A stretch of 64,000 bases of DNA from Bryobacterales bacterium (GCA_965242625.1 CBDEST010000005.1:1211257-1275256); one strand, 5' to 3'. Counted from the first letter of the stretch, positions 35,559-45,642 are shown. Numbers and translations are program-made. The notes: generated by a model not told the origin, from the letters alone.

Positions 35559-37673
35559 TCAGTAGTTGAAGTAGAAGTCCGTCTTGTTGAAGAGCGCCCA
35601 CATCAGGTCGGCGGCGCGGTTGTCGCGATTGCCGCCTTCGAGGTAGCGCACGGCGCGGGCGGTCTCCGCCGCGGTAGGGTGCCGGCTCAAGACGCTCAGG
35701 AACAGCCTCGCGACGAGCGCGTCATCGGCAAGCGCCAACGCCTCCATGATCGTGCCCGGTTGCTGGGAAACCCGGATCTGGTCCATGACGAACTGGTTGT
35801 TCATCAGGTTCAGCGCTTGGAGCGGGCTGCCGGCCGTGCTCCGCCGGGTCTCCTGCCGGTCGCCGGGGGTGAAGGATTGCAAGAGTTGCCGCACGTTGGC
35901 CGCTCCGGAGGCCCCGCCCTGCGGCACGTTCACGACATCCGGGAATTGCATGGCGTAGGCCGTCCCCCGGAACGTCCTTGACACGTTGTAGCCGCGCAGG
36001 CGACCGCTCGCCGTCACCAGCGCGTCATGCACTTGCTCTGCCGACAAGCGCTTGACTTGGTGCCGCACGAAGTACCGCTCGCTCAGGGGATTGAAGGCGC
36101 CGTCGTAGCGCGACGACAGCTGGTAGGCGTTGGAATTCGCAATGGTGCGCATCAGCGCCTTGAGGTCGTGACCGCTGTCCCGGAAGCCCTGAGCCAAGAG
36201 CTCGAGCAAGCGCGGATGCGACGGTTGGATCGCCCAGCCGTCCGGCGGCGGGCTGGCGGGATCGATCCTGGCGAGGTCGAACTGGTCCGGCGGTTCGACG
36301 ATCCCGCGCGAGAAGAATTCGCGCCAGACGTAATTCACGATCGCCCGCGCGAATTGCGGATCCCCGGTCAGGTACTGCCCGACCTGCACGCGCAGCCGGT
36401 CTCCGGAATTCGCCGCCGCGGTTGTCGCGAACGGATAGGCCGGAGTTACGAACTCGTCGGCATGCAAGCGATCCGGACGGTTCCCGCCGGCGGTCTGGCC
36501 CAGGTACTCCCCGGCCGTGTCGCCGTTCCGCGCGCGTTGCTGCCTGCCGATCGCGAGATCGCGAACGGTGTAGAAATTGGCGTTGACGCGCCGGTTGTTT
36601 TCCGGGTTCATCGGCAGCTGGTTGCCGGGGTGCCGCCACGCCTGGTAGCGCGGGATGTCCGAGAAGAACGACGCGAGGCTCCACCCTTCCAGTCGCTTCG
36701 CCCTGGCGCCCCAGACGCTGAGCGCGTCCAAGTGCCCGGCGCCGTCGTGGCAGAGCACGCAGTCCATCGCGGAGATGCCGAGGAAATCCCTCGCGACGAA
36801 GAACGCCAGCGAGTCGTACGTGTCCTGAATCGGCCCGCCGGTGGTCCTGCCGCCGACTACGTAACCGACTGCGGAAGCCCGCACGGGATTCGCGGCGTAG
36901 TTGCCGAACGTGTCTTGGAAGTGCTGGAAGTCGCGGAAGCGGTCCGGGTAGACCCGGCCGTCGCTGGTTCCCTCGGCCGCCAGCATCTCCCGCGCCATCT
37001 GGTCGTAGGGCTTGTTGGCGGCCAGCGACTCCTTGAAGTACAGGTGCAGCGAATCGCGGCCCGCGGGGTAGCGATTCACCTGCACCGTCCTCGCCGTGTT
37101 CCGGAACAAGTCGCCGAAGAACATCGTCCACCGGTCGACCCATTCGGGGGAATCCAGCAGGCGCTCGACCAGCGCGGCCCGCTTGCCTGCGGACGTGTCG
37201 CCGAGGAACGCGACCACTTGGTCGTGGGTCGGGATCCGTCCCGTGAGATCGAGTGTGACGCGCCGCAAGAACTCTTGGTCGGTCGTGAGATAAGTGAGCG
37301 GCACACCAGCCGCGGCCGCAGTCTTCTGGATGCAGTCGTCGATACCCGTGCAGGCCGTGGCGACGCCTTGGCCGCTATCGGCGGCGGCCTCGAACACTCC
37401 GCCCCGGCGCGGCTGGGGGATCATGGCGAGGACATCCTTGGTCTCCCTCGCTCGCCGGCGCATTGCAGCGAAATCGTCCGCTGCCGAGAGATACGGGTCA
37501 ACTCCGGCGTGCGGACCGAAATACGTGCATCCGCCGTGATCGGGAAAGGAGCCGTCCGCGGCTTGCCAGTCCAAGTCGCCGTCGTCGGCTCGCGCCGGGC
37601 TGGCGACCAGCCCCGCGACAAGCAACGCCATCCCTGCCCCGAGCTTGAGACAGAGCCTGCCTCGCAGACCCAT
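35559..37673 (-). CDS. DUF1549/DUF1553 (PSD1/PSCyt2) protein
   Basis: EFLRRVTLDLTGRIP, NKPYD, CVLCH, PSHPRLLELLA and LQALNLMN. Signal peptide from ATG 37673. Confidence 0.88.
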   Translation of the reverse strand: MGLRGRLCLKLGAGMALLVAGLVASPARADDGDLDWQAADGSFPDHGGCTYFGPHAGVDPYLSAADDFAAMRRRARETKDVLAMIPQPRRGGVFEAAADSGQGVATACTGIDDCIQKTAAAAGVPLTYLTTDQEFLRRVTLDLTGRIPTHDQVVAFLGDTSAGKRAALVERLLDSPEWVDRWTMFFGDLFRNTARTVQVNRYPAGRDSLHLYFKESLAANKPYDQMAREMLAAEGTSDGRVYPDRFRDFQHFQDTFGNYAANPVRASAVGYVVGGRTTGGPIQDTYDSLAFFVARDFLGISAMDCVLCHDGAGHLDALSVWGARAKRLEGWSLASFFSDIPRYQAWRHPGNQLPMNPENNRRVNANFYTVRDLAIGRQQRARNGDTAGEYLGQTAGGNRPDRLHADEFVTPAYPFATTAAANSGDRLRVQVGQYLTGDPQFARAIVNYVWREFFSRGIVEPPDQFDLARIDPASPPPDGWAIQPSHPRLLELLAQGFRDSGHDLKALMRTIANSNAYQLSSRYDGAFNPLSERYFVRHQVKRLSAEQVHDALVTASGRLRGYNVSRTFRGTAYAMQFPDVVNVPQGGASGAANVRQLLQSFTPGDRQETRRSTAGSPLQALNLMNNQFVMDQIRVSQQPGTIMEALALADDALVARLFLSVLSRHPTAAETARAVRYLEGGNRDNRAADLMWALFNKTDFYFNY

Positions 37674-37915
37674 TCCCACCTTTACCTCGCTTTCCATGAA
37701 TGTACCAGCGCTCGCCCCAGATTGCAACTGCCCTCGCGATCCCACCACGCCGATCCTAGTAGACGCCGACGAGTCGCATCCGGTTTCATGAAGAAGTCAT
37801 AGGCTGCGCATCCGCGCTCGGCGGCGAGCGCTTGCGTCCGGCTAGGATCGCCGGTCAGCGCGGATCGGAGTTATAGTGATTGTGGGCGGCTGGTTATCCG
37901 CAGGATCGCACGAAG

Positions 37916-38491
37916 ATGCCGAGGATTCAGGACATAGGATTGAGAGCGGTTGCAAGCGCGACGCTCCTTTGCATGGCGGCGCCCCAAGCGCAATCCCAAG
38001 CTCCGCTGGTTGATCCGCGCAGCGTGGCGCCATTCGTCCCGGCTCCGTGGCACGTGGTCGACAAGATGCTGACCTTGGTGGAGGTCGCGGAAGACGATGT
38101 AGTCTACGACCTCGGCTCGGGCGACGGCCGCATTCTGGTGCGGGCGGCCAAGGGCTTCGGGGCCAAAGGCGTCGGTCTCGAGATCAATCCGGCCTTGGTC
38201 GAAGACGCCCGGCAAGCCATCGAGGCGGCGAACGTCCAGCACCGCGTCAAGATCGTGCAACAAGACATCTTCGAGGCCGACCTGTCCCCGGCCACGGTCG
38301 TGACGCTCTTCCTGATGACCTCGGCGCATCGGCGACTCGAGCCGAAGCTGCAGGACGAACTGCGTCCCGGCACCCGCATCGCGTGCTACAAGTGGGAAAT
38401 TCCCGATTGGAATCCGGTCAAGACCGAGACGGTTGCGGTGGGCGGCGTGGGCCACCCGATCTACGTTTACGAGATCGGTTCGCATCGCTAG
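37916..38491 (+). CDS. Class I SAM-dependent methyltransferase with N-terminal signal peptide
   Basis: APFVPAP...VVDKML, YDLGSGDGR, ATVVTLFL and LRPGTRI; leader ends in AQS-QA. Confidence 0.88.
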   Translation: MPRIQDIGLRAVASATLLCMAAPQAQSQAPLVDPRSVAPFVPAPWHVVDKMLTLVEVAEDDVVYDLGSGDGRILVRAAKGFGAKGVGLEINPALVEDARQAIEAANVQHRVKIVQQDIFEADLSPATVVTLFLMTSAHRRLEPKLQDELRPGTRIACYKWEIPDWNPVKTETVAVGGVGHPIYVYEIGSHR

Positions 38492-38584
38492 CGCGCACGA
38501 GTCGACGCGATAGATTCGGGAAGCGCCAGCCGCGCCGTGGCACGTGCCCCCTTAGAGTGATATAGAAAGAAAGAAAGAAGCTCT

Positions 38585-41296
38585 ATGGCTGGCAAACCTG
38601 CAGAGGGCGCGCTCGTGATCGTCGAGTCGCCCACCAAGGCGCGGACGATCAAGCCGTTCCTACCCAAGGACTTCGTCGTGAAGGCGTCGGTGGGCCACGT
38701 GCGCGACCTGCCCAACAACGCCGCGGACATCCCGGCCAAGTTGAAGAAGGAGTCCTGGTCGCGCACGGGCGTCAACGTGGACGCCGACTTCGAGCCGCTC
38801 TACGTCGTCCCGAAGGACAAGAAGGACATCGTGCGCGAGATGAAAGCGGCCGTCAAGCGGGCGAAGCACATTTACTTCGCAACGGACGAGGATCGCGAAG
38901 GGGAGTCCATCAGCTGGCACCTCTTGGCGTTGCTCGGGCCGAAGGTGCCGTTCGAGCGGCTGGTCTTCCACGAGATCACCCGCGATGCCATCCACAAAGC
39001 GCTGGAAAGCCCGCGCGCGATCAACCAGGACTTGGTCCAAGCCCAGGAGACGCGCCGTATCGTCGACCGGCTGTTCGGCTACGAAGTGAGCCCGCTGCTC
39101 TGGAAGAAAATGCTCCCGCGGCTGAGTGCCGGACGCGTGCAGAGCGTGGCCGTGCGCTTGCTGGTGGAGCGCGAGCGAGCCCGGATCCGCTTCAAGGAGG
39201 CCGGCTTCTGGGGCATGAAGGCCCGCTTTTCCCAGCGCGGCGAGGAATTCGAAGCGGATCTCGTGCAGGTGGATGGCAAGCGCGTGGTTACCGCCAAGGA
39301 CTTCGATCCGGATACCGGCAATCTCAAGCGGGCGTCGAAAGGGACGCGAGATGCAAGGGTCCAGCTAGACGGGGACGCAGTCAGGCGCATCGAAGCGGAA
39401 GTCCGGGAGGCAGAGGCCAAGGTCACCTCGGTCGAGCGCAAACCGCTTACGGCCTCGCCGCAAGCGCCGTACGTGACGAGCAGCCTGCAGCAGGACGCGA
39501 ACAGCAAGCTGCGATTCCAAGCACGGCACACGATGCGCTTGGCGCAGCAACTGTACGAGAACGGCTTCATCACCTACATGCGAACTGACTCGACAATGCT
39601 CTCAAACGAGGCCAAGGGAGCGGCTCGGGAACTGATCAAGGAGCGCTTCGGCGAGCAATACCTTCCCGAGAAGGTGCGCTTCTACCGCAACAAGGTCAAG
39701 AACGCCCAAGAGGCGCACGAAGCGATCCGGCCGGCCGGCGGCAAGTTCCGCGCGGTCGAGGAAGTGCGCAAGCGGCTAGGCGAGGAAGCGGCCAAGCTCT
39801 ACCAGATGATTTGGCGCAGGACCGTGGCCAGCCAGATGCGGGATGCGCGAGGCACTACGTCGACAGTGCAGATCGCTGTCGGCGATGCGGAGTTCCGGGC
39901 GAACGGGCGCACCATCGAATTCCCCGGGTTTCTCAAGGCCTACGGGATGGACGCCGAATCGGCGTCGGGCGATGAGGGCGGCGGCGCCTCCGCCATTCCG
40001 TATGCGCTGCGCGAGAAGGCCTTGCCAGCACTCGACGCGGACGATGTCGTTCACCTGAGTGCAGTGGAATCCTCAGAGCACCGGACCCAGCCGCCCCAGC
40101 GCTTCACGGAAGGCAACCTGATCAAGGAATTGGAGCGCTTGGGGATCGGACGGCCCAGCACCTGGGCAACCATCGTGGACCTCGTGCAGTCGCGCGCTTA
40201 CGCGTTCCGGCGGAGCGGGGCATTGGTGCCCACGTTCACCGCCATGGCGGTGGTGGGCTTGCTCGAGAAGCACTTCACGCAGCTCGCGGACTATAAGTTC
40301 ACAGCGGAACTCGAGGATCAGTTGGACGCGATCGCCCGCGGCGAGCTGGGACGCTTGGACTACCTCAAGCGGTTCTATTTCGGCGACGGGCAGGCGGCTC
40401 AGTTCGCCTATCAGGACACCAGCCCTCCGAAGCGAGGCACGGACCAAGTGGAGCAGAGCGGCCTGCGGGATCTGATCAAGTCCGGCGAGGCCGATATCCG
40501 CCCGCAGGACGTGTGCAGCGTGCCGATCGGAACCACCAAGGACGGCAAGGCAGTCGAAGTGCGGATCGGTCGGTACGGACCCTTCCTGTCGGACGGGGAC
40601 ACGCGTTGCGGCGTCCCCGAGGCACTCGCTCCGGACGAGCTGGACGTGGGCAAGGCCTCCGAGATGCTCTCGCTCGCCGGCAAGGAGCCGGAGGCCTTGG
40701 GAGAGGATCCGCAGTCCGGGCTGCCGATTTTTGTGAAGCAAGGACGTTTCGGACCGTTCGTGCAACTCGGCGACGGCGATGCGAAAAGCGACGTCAAACG
40801 GGCGTCCCTGCTCAAGGGCATGACACCCGAGACCTTGGACGTAGAGACGGCGCTGAAGTTGCTTTCGCTTCCGCGGAAGCTCGGAGTCCATCCCCAGACG
40901 CGGGAGGAGGTGATCGCGACGAACGGGCGCTACGGGCCGTTCGTCCGCAGCGGCAAGGAAATCCGCTCGCTTCCGGCCGACAAGGATTTGTTCGCGGTGG
41001 GACTGGACGAGGCGGTCGCGCTGCTCGGGCAGGAGAAGCCGTCCCGACGATCCGCTTCGCGCAGCGAGCCCCTGAAGGTAGTCGGCAAGCATCCCGGCAC
41101 GGGTGCCGAGATCAAGCTCTTCTCGGGAAGGTACGGTCCGTACGTCACCGACGGCGAGGTCAATGCCTCGCTTCCGCGGGGCAGCGAGCCGGATTCCGTC
41201 ACGGTCGAAGTCGCTGTCGACTTGCTGCGGGCACGGGCAGCGCGCATAGCCGAAGGCGGCGGGGCGAAACGCAGGCCGCAGCGACGCAAATCCTGA
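38585..41296 (+). CDS. topA: DNA topoisomerase I (type IA) with Topo-C repeats
   Basis: IVESPTKA, ATDEDREGE, SAGRVQS, ITYMRTDS, and four GR(Y/F)GP(F/Y) C-terminal repeats. Confidence 0.96.
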   Translation: MAGKPAEGALVIVESPTKARTIKPFLPKDFVVKASVGHVRDLPNNAADIPAKLKKESWSRTGVNVDADFEPLYVVPKDKKDIVREMKAAVKRAKHIYFATDEDREGESISWHLLALLGPKVPFERLVFHEITRDAIHKALESPRAINQDLVQAQETRRIVDRLFGYEVSPLLWKKMLPRLSAGRVQSVAVRLLVERERARIRFKEAGFWGMKARFSQRGEEFEADLVQVDGKRVVTAKDFDPDTGNLKRASKGTRDARVQLDGDAVRRIEAEVREAEAKVTSVERKPLTASPQAPYVTSSLQQDANSKLRFQARHTMRLAQQLYENGFITYMRTDSTMLSNEAKGAARELIKERFGEQYLPEKVRFYRNKVKNAQEAHEAIRPAGGKFRAVEEVRKRLGEEAAKLYQMIWRRTVASQMRDARGTTSTVQIAVGDAEFRANGRTIEFPGFLKAYGMDAESASGDEGGGASAIPYALREKALPALDADDVVHLSAVESSEHRTQPPQRFTEGNLIKELERLGIGRPSTWATIVDLVQSRAYAFRRSGALVPTFTAMAVVGLLEKHFTQLADYKFTAELEDQLDAIARGELGRLDYLKRFYFGDGQAAQFAYQDTSPPKRGTDQVEQSGLRDLIKSGEADIRPQDVCSVPIGTTKDGKAVEVRIGRYGPFLSDGDTRCGVPEALAPDELDVGKASEMLSLAGKEPEALGEDPQSGLPIFVKQGRFGPFVQLGDGDAKSDVKRASLLKGMTPETLDVETALKLLSLPRKLGVHPQTREEVIATNGRYGPFVRSGKEIRSLPADKDLFAVGLDEAVALLGQEKPSRRSASRSEPLKVVGKHPGTGAEIKLFSGRYGPYVTDGEVNASLPRGSEPDSVTVEVAVDLLRARAARIAEGGGAKRRPQRRKS

Positions 41297-41312
41297 TGGC
41301 GGTTTGTCCGCC

Positions 41313-42002
41313 ATGAAAGTCCTGGCGATCGACACGGCACGCTCCCACGGCAGCGTGGCTTTGGCGAGCGGTTCCGGAGTGCCAGTGGAGGTCTCGCTGG
41401 GCAAGGGTCCGGGATTCGACCGCGTGCTAGTGCAGGCGATTGAAAGGCTGCTCGCGGACCAAGGCACGGACTGGGCGGACTTGGACGGCTTCGCGGCCGC
41501 GTGCGGTCCCGGTTCGTTCACCGGCATCCGCGTCGGGCTGAGCGCGGCCAAGGCCATGGCGGAGGTCTGCGGCCGACCGCTGGTCGGCGTGTCCAGCCTG
41601 CGGGCACTCGCGATCGCTGGCCCGCAATCCTCGAACCGCCCGAAAATCCCGCTCTTCGACGCGCGGCGCGGCGAACTGTTCGCTGGATTCTACGATGCCG
41701 ACGGCAACCGATTGGCTGATGAAGCCACGGGCACTTGGGAGCGATTGGCAGAGCGCATCGACGCCTGCGCCGGGGAGCTTGTCACGAACGAGCCTTGGAT
41801 CTTTGAGGAGGGCGGACCTGCCGCGCAGGCGACCGGTCGAACTCGATTCCTGGCGCCCGCGACGCTCGCCGCGAAGATCGCCCTACTCGGCGTGCGAGAG
41901 CTCCGGGCCGGGCGGGGCAGTCCCCCCGAAGCGGTCGAGGCGAACTATATCCAACGCCCGAGCGCCCGGCCGCCGCGACCCCATCAAGCGGCCAAGCGCT
42001 GA
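41313..42002 (+). CDS. tsaB: tRNA t6A biosynthesis protein TsaB
   Basis: [19 protein letters not shown] and DARRGE. Confidence 0.92.
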   Translation: MKVLAIDTARSHGSVALASGSGVPVEVSLGKGPGFDRVLVQAIERLLADQGTDWADLDGFAAACGPGSFTGIRVGLSAAKAMAEVCGRPLVGVSSLRALAIAGPQSSNRPKIPLFDARRGELFAGFYDADGNRLADEATGTWERLAERIDACAGELVTNEPWIFEEGGPAAQATGRTRFLAPATLAAKIALLGVRELRAGRGSPPEAVEANYIQRPSARPPRPHQAAKR

Positions 42003-43081
42003 TAGGTGTTCTCGAGAAACCCTTGAATCAGGGCCGTCTGCTCGCCCGCCTCCAGCAAGAACGCGTCGTGACCGTAATTCGACGTGAGTTCGACATACGC
42101 GACATCCCGGTTTCGCGAGCGCAAGGCCCTGACGATCTCTTGGGATTGATAGCTGGGATAGAGCCAGTCGGACGTGAAGCTGATCACGAGGAATCTCGTG
42201 TCCCCGCGGATGAAGCAATCCTCCAGCGCGTCGGAGGTCGGGGTCATGTCGAAGGTATCCATCGCCCGCGTGATCACGATGTACGAGTTGGCGTCGAAAC
42301 GGCTCACGAACTGCACTCCGCGATACCGCAAGTAGGACTCGACCTCGAACAAGTCGCTCGCATCGGGCGCCTTGCGGCGACGGCGCCCGAACTTCTCGCG
42401 CATCGAGTCATCGCTCATGTACGTGATGTGACCGACCATCCGAGCCACGGCCAAGCCGCGCTCGGGCACTTTGCGGTCGTAGTAATCGCCTTGATTGAAA
42501 TCCGGGTCCGCTAGGATGGCTTGCCGCCCCACCTCGTTGAACGCGATCTGCTGGGCCGAATGCCGGTGGGTGGTAGCGATCGGTATCACCGAGGCCACGC
42601 TATCGGGATAGGAGGCCGCCCATTGCAGCGCCTGCATCCCGCCCATGGACCCCCCCGACACCGACAGCAGCCGGTCGATACCGAGGGATTCGGTCAGCAT
42701 TTTCTGCAATCTCACCATGTCCGCGATCGACACGGGCGGGAAGCGCGAGCCGTACGGGGCACCGGTGTCGGGGTCGGTCGAACTCGGCCCGGTCGTGCCT
42801 GTGCAGCCGCCCAAGACGTTGGACGAGATCACGAAGTAGCGCCGCGTGTCGAAGGCCTTGCCGGGGCCAATCATGTTGTCCCACCAGCCCGGGCGGCCCG
42901 TCTCGGCGCTAATACCCGCGGCGTGCGCGTCGCCGGAGAAGGCGTGCAGGATCAAGATGGCGTTCGAATGCTCGGCGTTGAGCTCGCCGTACGTTTCATA
43001 CGCCACCTCGACGGGCGCCAGAGCCTGTCCGTTGTCAAGTTCCAACGACTCGAAGCGGCGGATCGAAGTGGAGACGCTCAT
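41984..43081 (-). CDS. metX: Homoserine O-acetyl(acyl)transferase
   Basis: [34 protein letters not shown] and YGHDAFL. Confidence 0.93.
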   Translation of the reverse strand: MSVSTSIRRFESLELDNGQALAPVEVAYETYGELNAEHSNAILILHAFSGDAHAAGISAETGRPGWWDNMIGPGKAFDTRRYFVISSNVLGGCTGTTGPSSTDPDTGAPYGSRFPPVSIADMVRLQKMLTESLGIDRLLSVSGGSMGGMQALQWAASYPDSVASVIPIATTHRHSAQQIAFNEVGRQAILADPDFNQGDYYDRKVPERGLAVARMVGHITYMSDDSMREKFGRRRRKAPDASDLFEVESYLRYRGVQFVSRFDANSYIVITRAMDTFDMTPTSDALEDCFIRGDTRFLVISFTSDWLYPSYQSQEIVRALRSRNRDVAYVELTSNYGHDAFLLEAGEQTALIQGFLENTYQRLAA

Positions 43082-43760
43082 CCGAATTCATTCACTATAA
43101 GCAACCGCCGTGCCCGCGGGCGGACCCTGCCGCGCAGTCGCCCCGCTGTAGTGGCAGTTGTCTCACTCTGAGCCAGCGGGATGCTGCTGCGAAGGTGAAT
43201 CGACCTAGGCCATGCCATGACCGACATCAAGGCAGTGAGAGCATTCGGTCACCTCGGCCGAGGAAACGCGCGGGCTCAGACTACATGACCTGTACGGGCA
43301 GCAAGGGTGGCGGCTTCGCAACTGGTTTTCGGGAAATCAGAATGGTCTTCGGTTCGAGACTTCCCGTCCGGATCTCGGGTGGCGGCTCTCGTTCAGGGCG
43401 GCCTATGCCAAGGCTTTCGGGATACGTGCAAATCCTAGCCCGCTGCGCTGCCGCGGCTGCCGGTGCAATCTCCTGCCTCGTGCCAGCGGGGAGGGGTCGG
43501 TCATCGATCCATTCAGCGGGCCACCGCCTCGGGGGTGCCGACCTTCGAGATTGCGTTGGTCGGACTGACGAAAGCCCGCGTCACGAGCCCGGCTCGGTAT
43601 GATGTTGGGTGGGGCTTGCGCGACAGTGCGCTAGCAGTCGCTCGCGAGCCCGGCCGGTCTCGGGTTCCTGAAACCGCCACCGCGAAGCGCTAGCTCGGCA
43701 AGCGAGCGGCCTCGCCTGACCGGCGTTGCGTTCCCCGGAGAAGAGTTGCAGGTAGCAAGA

Positions 43761-45623
43761 ATGTTCGTCGCGCTTGATCAAGCCATGTTGGAGGGCCTTC
43801 AGGACAAGGCCACCCGGATGCGGATTCACTCCGTCCGATCGACCACCAAAGCGGGAAGCGGCCACCCCACCACGTGCTGCTCGGCCGCCGAAATCATGAC
43901 GGCGCTGTTCTTCGACGCCATGCGCTACGACCCGCACGACCCGGCCAACGAGGCCAACGATGTATTCATCTTGTCCAAGGGCCACGCCGCGCCGGTGCTT
44001 TACGCGGCGTGGGCCGAGGTCGGCTATCTGGCTGAAGACGACTTGCTGAACCTGCGCCGGATCGATTCGGATCTCGAAGGGCATCCGCCGACGACCCTGC
44101 CGTTCGTCGACGTGGCCACCGGTTCGCTCGGTCAGGGCCTCAGCGTGGGCGTTGGCATGGCGCACGCCTGCCGGCTCGACGGCAACGACCGCCGCATTTG
44201 GGTGCTGCTCGGAGACGGGGAGGTCGCGGAGGGCTCGGTCTGGGAGGCCGCGTCGATGGCCGCGAACGACAAGCTGGGGAACTTGATCGCCACCGTCGAC
44301 GTGAACCGGCTGGGCCAGAGCGCACCGACCATGCTCGAGCACGACATGGATGCGTACAGAGTGCGGTGGGAGGCGTTCGGATGGGAGACGCTGGTCGTGG
44401 ATGGTCACGACCTCGGCGCGCTGATCCAAGCGTACGGCGCAGCACGGGCCTCGGCGGACACGCCGACCGTGATTCTGGCCAAGACGTTCAAGGGACGGGG
44501 CATTCCGTGCGCCGAGGACAAGGACGGCTGGCACGGCAAGCCGATACCCGCCGGCGAACTCGCTGACGAGACCCTGGCCGCTCTGGACGCGCAACTGACC
44601 GGCACCCGCTTCGAATGGCGACCGAGCCTGCCCCCGCCGACCCCGTCGCAACCGGCCCCGACGGCATCCTGCGCGCCGCCGCCCTACGCCATCGGCGGGC
44701 CAGCGGTTGCGACTCGGCAAGCCTACGGAGCCGCGTTGGAAGCCCTTGCGCGAACCGACCCGCGGGTGGTCGGCGTGGACGGCGATGTCGGCAATTCGAC
44801 CTTCACGACCGATATCGCCAAGGCCGATCCAAGCCGGTTGCTGCAGTGTTACATCGCCGAGCAGAATCTGGTCGGCGTCGCCATGGGCCTCGCTTGCCGC
44901 GGCAAGATCCCGTTCGCTTCGAGCTTCGCTTGCTTCCTTGCGCGCGGTTACGACTTCATGCGGTTGGCCGCGATCAGTTCCACGAACATCAAGCTCGTCG
45001 GCACGCACGCGGGGATCTCGATCGGCGAGGACGGCGCCTCCCAGATGGGCTTGGAAGACTTGGCCATGACATGCGCCGAGCCGAATTACACCGTGTTCTA
45101 TCCGTCCGACGCGACCAGCGCCTGGCGCGCGATCGAACTCGCCGCAGGCATCGACGGGCCGGTCTACATCCGCACGAGCCGCCCGAAGACCTCGATCCTC
45201 TACGGGCCCGACGAGGCATTCGCGGCCGGCCGCTCGAAAGTGGTCCGGCAGAGCCCGCAGGACAGGGTCGTAATCGTGGGCGCGGGCGTGACGCTCTACG
45301 AAGCACTGGAAGCGGCGGACGAGCTCGAGGCCGAAGGCATCCATGCACGGGTGATCGACCTGTTCAGCGTCAAGCCGATCGACCGCGAGACGCTCGTCTC
45401 CGCGGCTGCTGTCTGCGACGGCAACGTCTTGACGGTCGAGGATCATTACGCGCACGGCGGAATCGGCAGCGCGGTGATGGCGGCACTTGCGGAGGAACCC
45501 GTTCGGGTGCGGCAGCTTGCGGTCCGTGGCATCGCTCGCAGCGGCAAGCCAGCGGAGTTGCTGGATCGTTACCGGATATCGGCCCGTCACATTGCCGCCG
45601 CAGCGCGCGACATGGCTTCGTAG
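43761..45623 (+). CDS. tkt: Transketolase (single-chain, about 620 aa)
   Basis: SGHPTTC, LSKGHAAP, ATGSLGQG, GDGE...EA, IAEQN and GEDGASQM. Confidence 0.93.
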   Translation: MFVALDQAMLEGLQDKATRMRIHSVRSTTKAGSGHPTTCCSAAEIMTALFFDAMRYDPHDPANEANDVFILSKGHAAPVLYAAWAEVGYLAEDDLLNLRRIDSDLEGHPPTTLPFVDVATGSLGQGLSVGVGMAHACRLDGNDRRIWVLLGDGEVAEGSVWEAASMAANDKLGNLIATVDVNRLGQSAPTMLEHDMDAYRVRWEAFGWETLVVDGHDLGALIQAYGAARASADTPTVILAKTFKGRGIPCAEDKDGWHGKPIPAGELADETLAALDAQLTGTRFEWRPSLPPPTPSQPAPTASCAPPPYAIGGPAVATRQAYGAALEALARTDPRVVGVDGDVGNSTFTTDIAKADPSRLLQCYIAEQNLVGVAMGLACRGKIPFASSFACFLARGYDFMRLAAISSTNIKLVGTHAGISIGEDGASQMGLEDLAMTCAEPNYTVFYPSDATSAWRAIELAAGIDGPVYIRTSRPKTSILYGPDEAFAAGRSKVVRQSPQDRVVIVGAGVTLYEALEAADELEAEGIHARVIDLFSVKPIDRETLVSAAAVCDGNVLTVEDHYAHGGIGSAVMAALAEEPVRVRQLAVRGIARSGKPAELLDRYRISARHIAAAARDMAS

Positions 45624-45642
45624 GGGCGTCGTGCGGGGCGGA

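Noticed and set aside
43100-43480. SAM-I or cobalamin riboswitch upstream of metX
   Set aside because: The core consensus elements are missing or out of order, and a TATAGT -10 box lies only 12 nt from the metX start.
43195-43602. 135-aa ORF in the metX-tkt gap
   Set aside because: Low-complexity Arg/Gly/Ser composition, atypical codon usage and no RBS.
43565-43625. Hammerhead-like CTGACGA followed by an AAGCCC...GGGCTT stem
   Set aside because: The required GAAA after stem II is absent.
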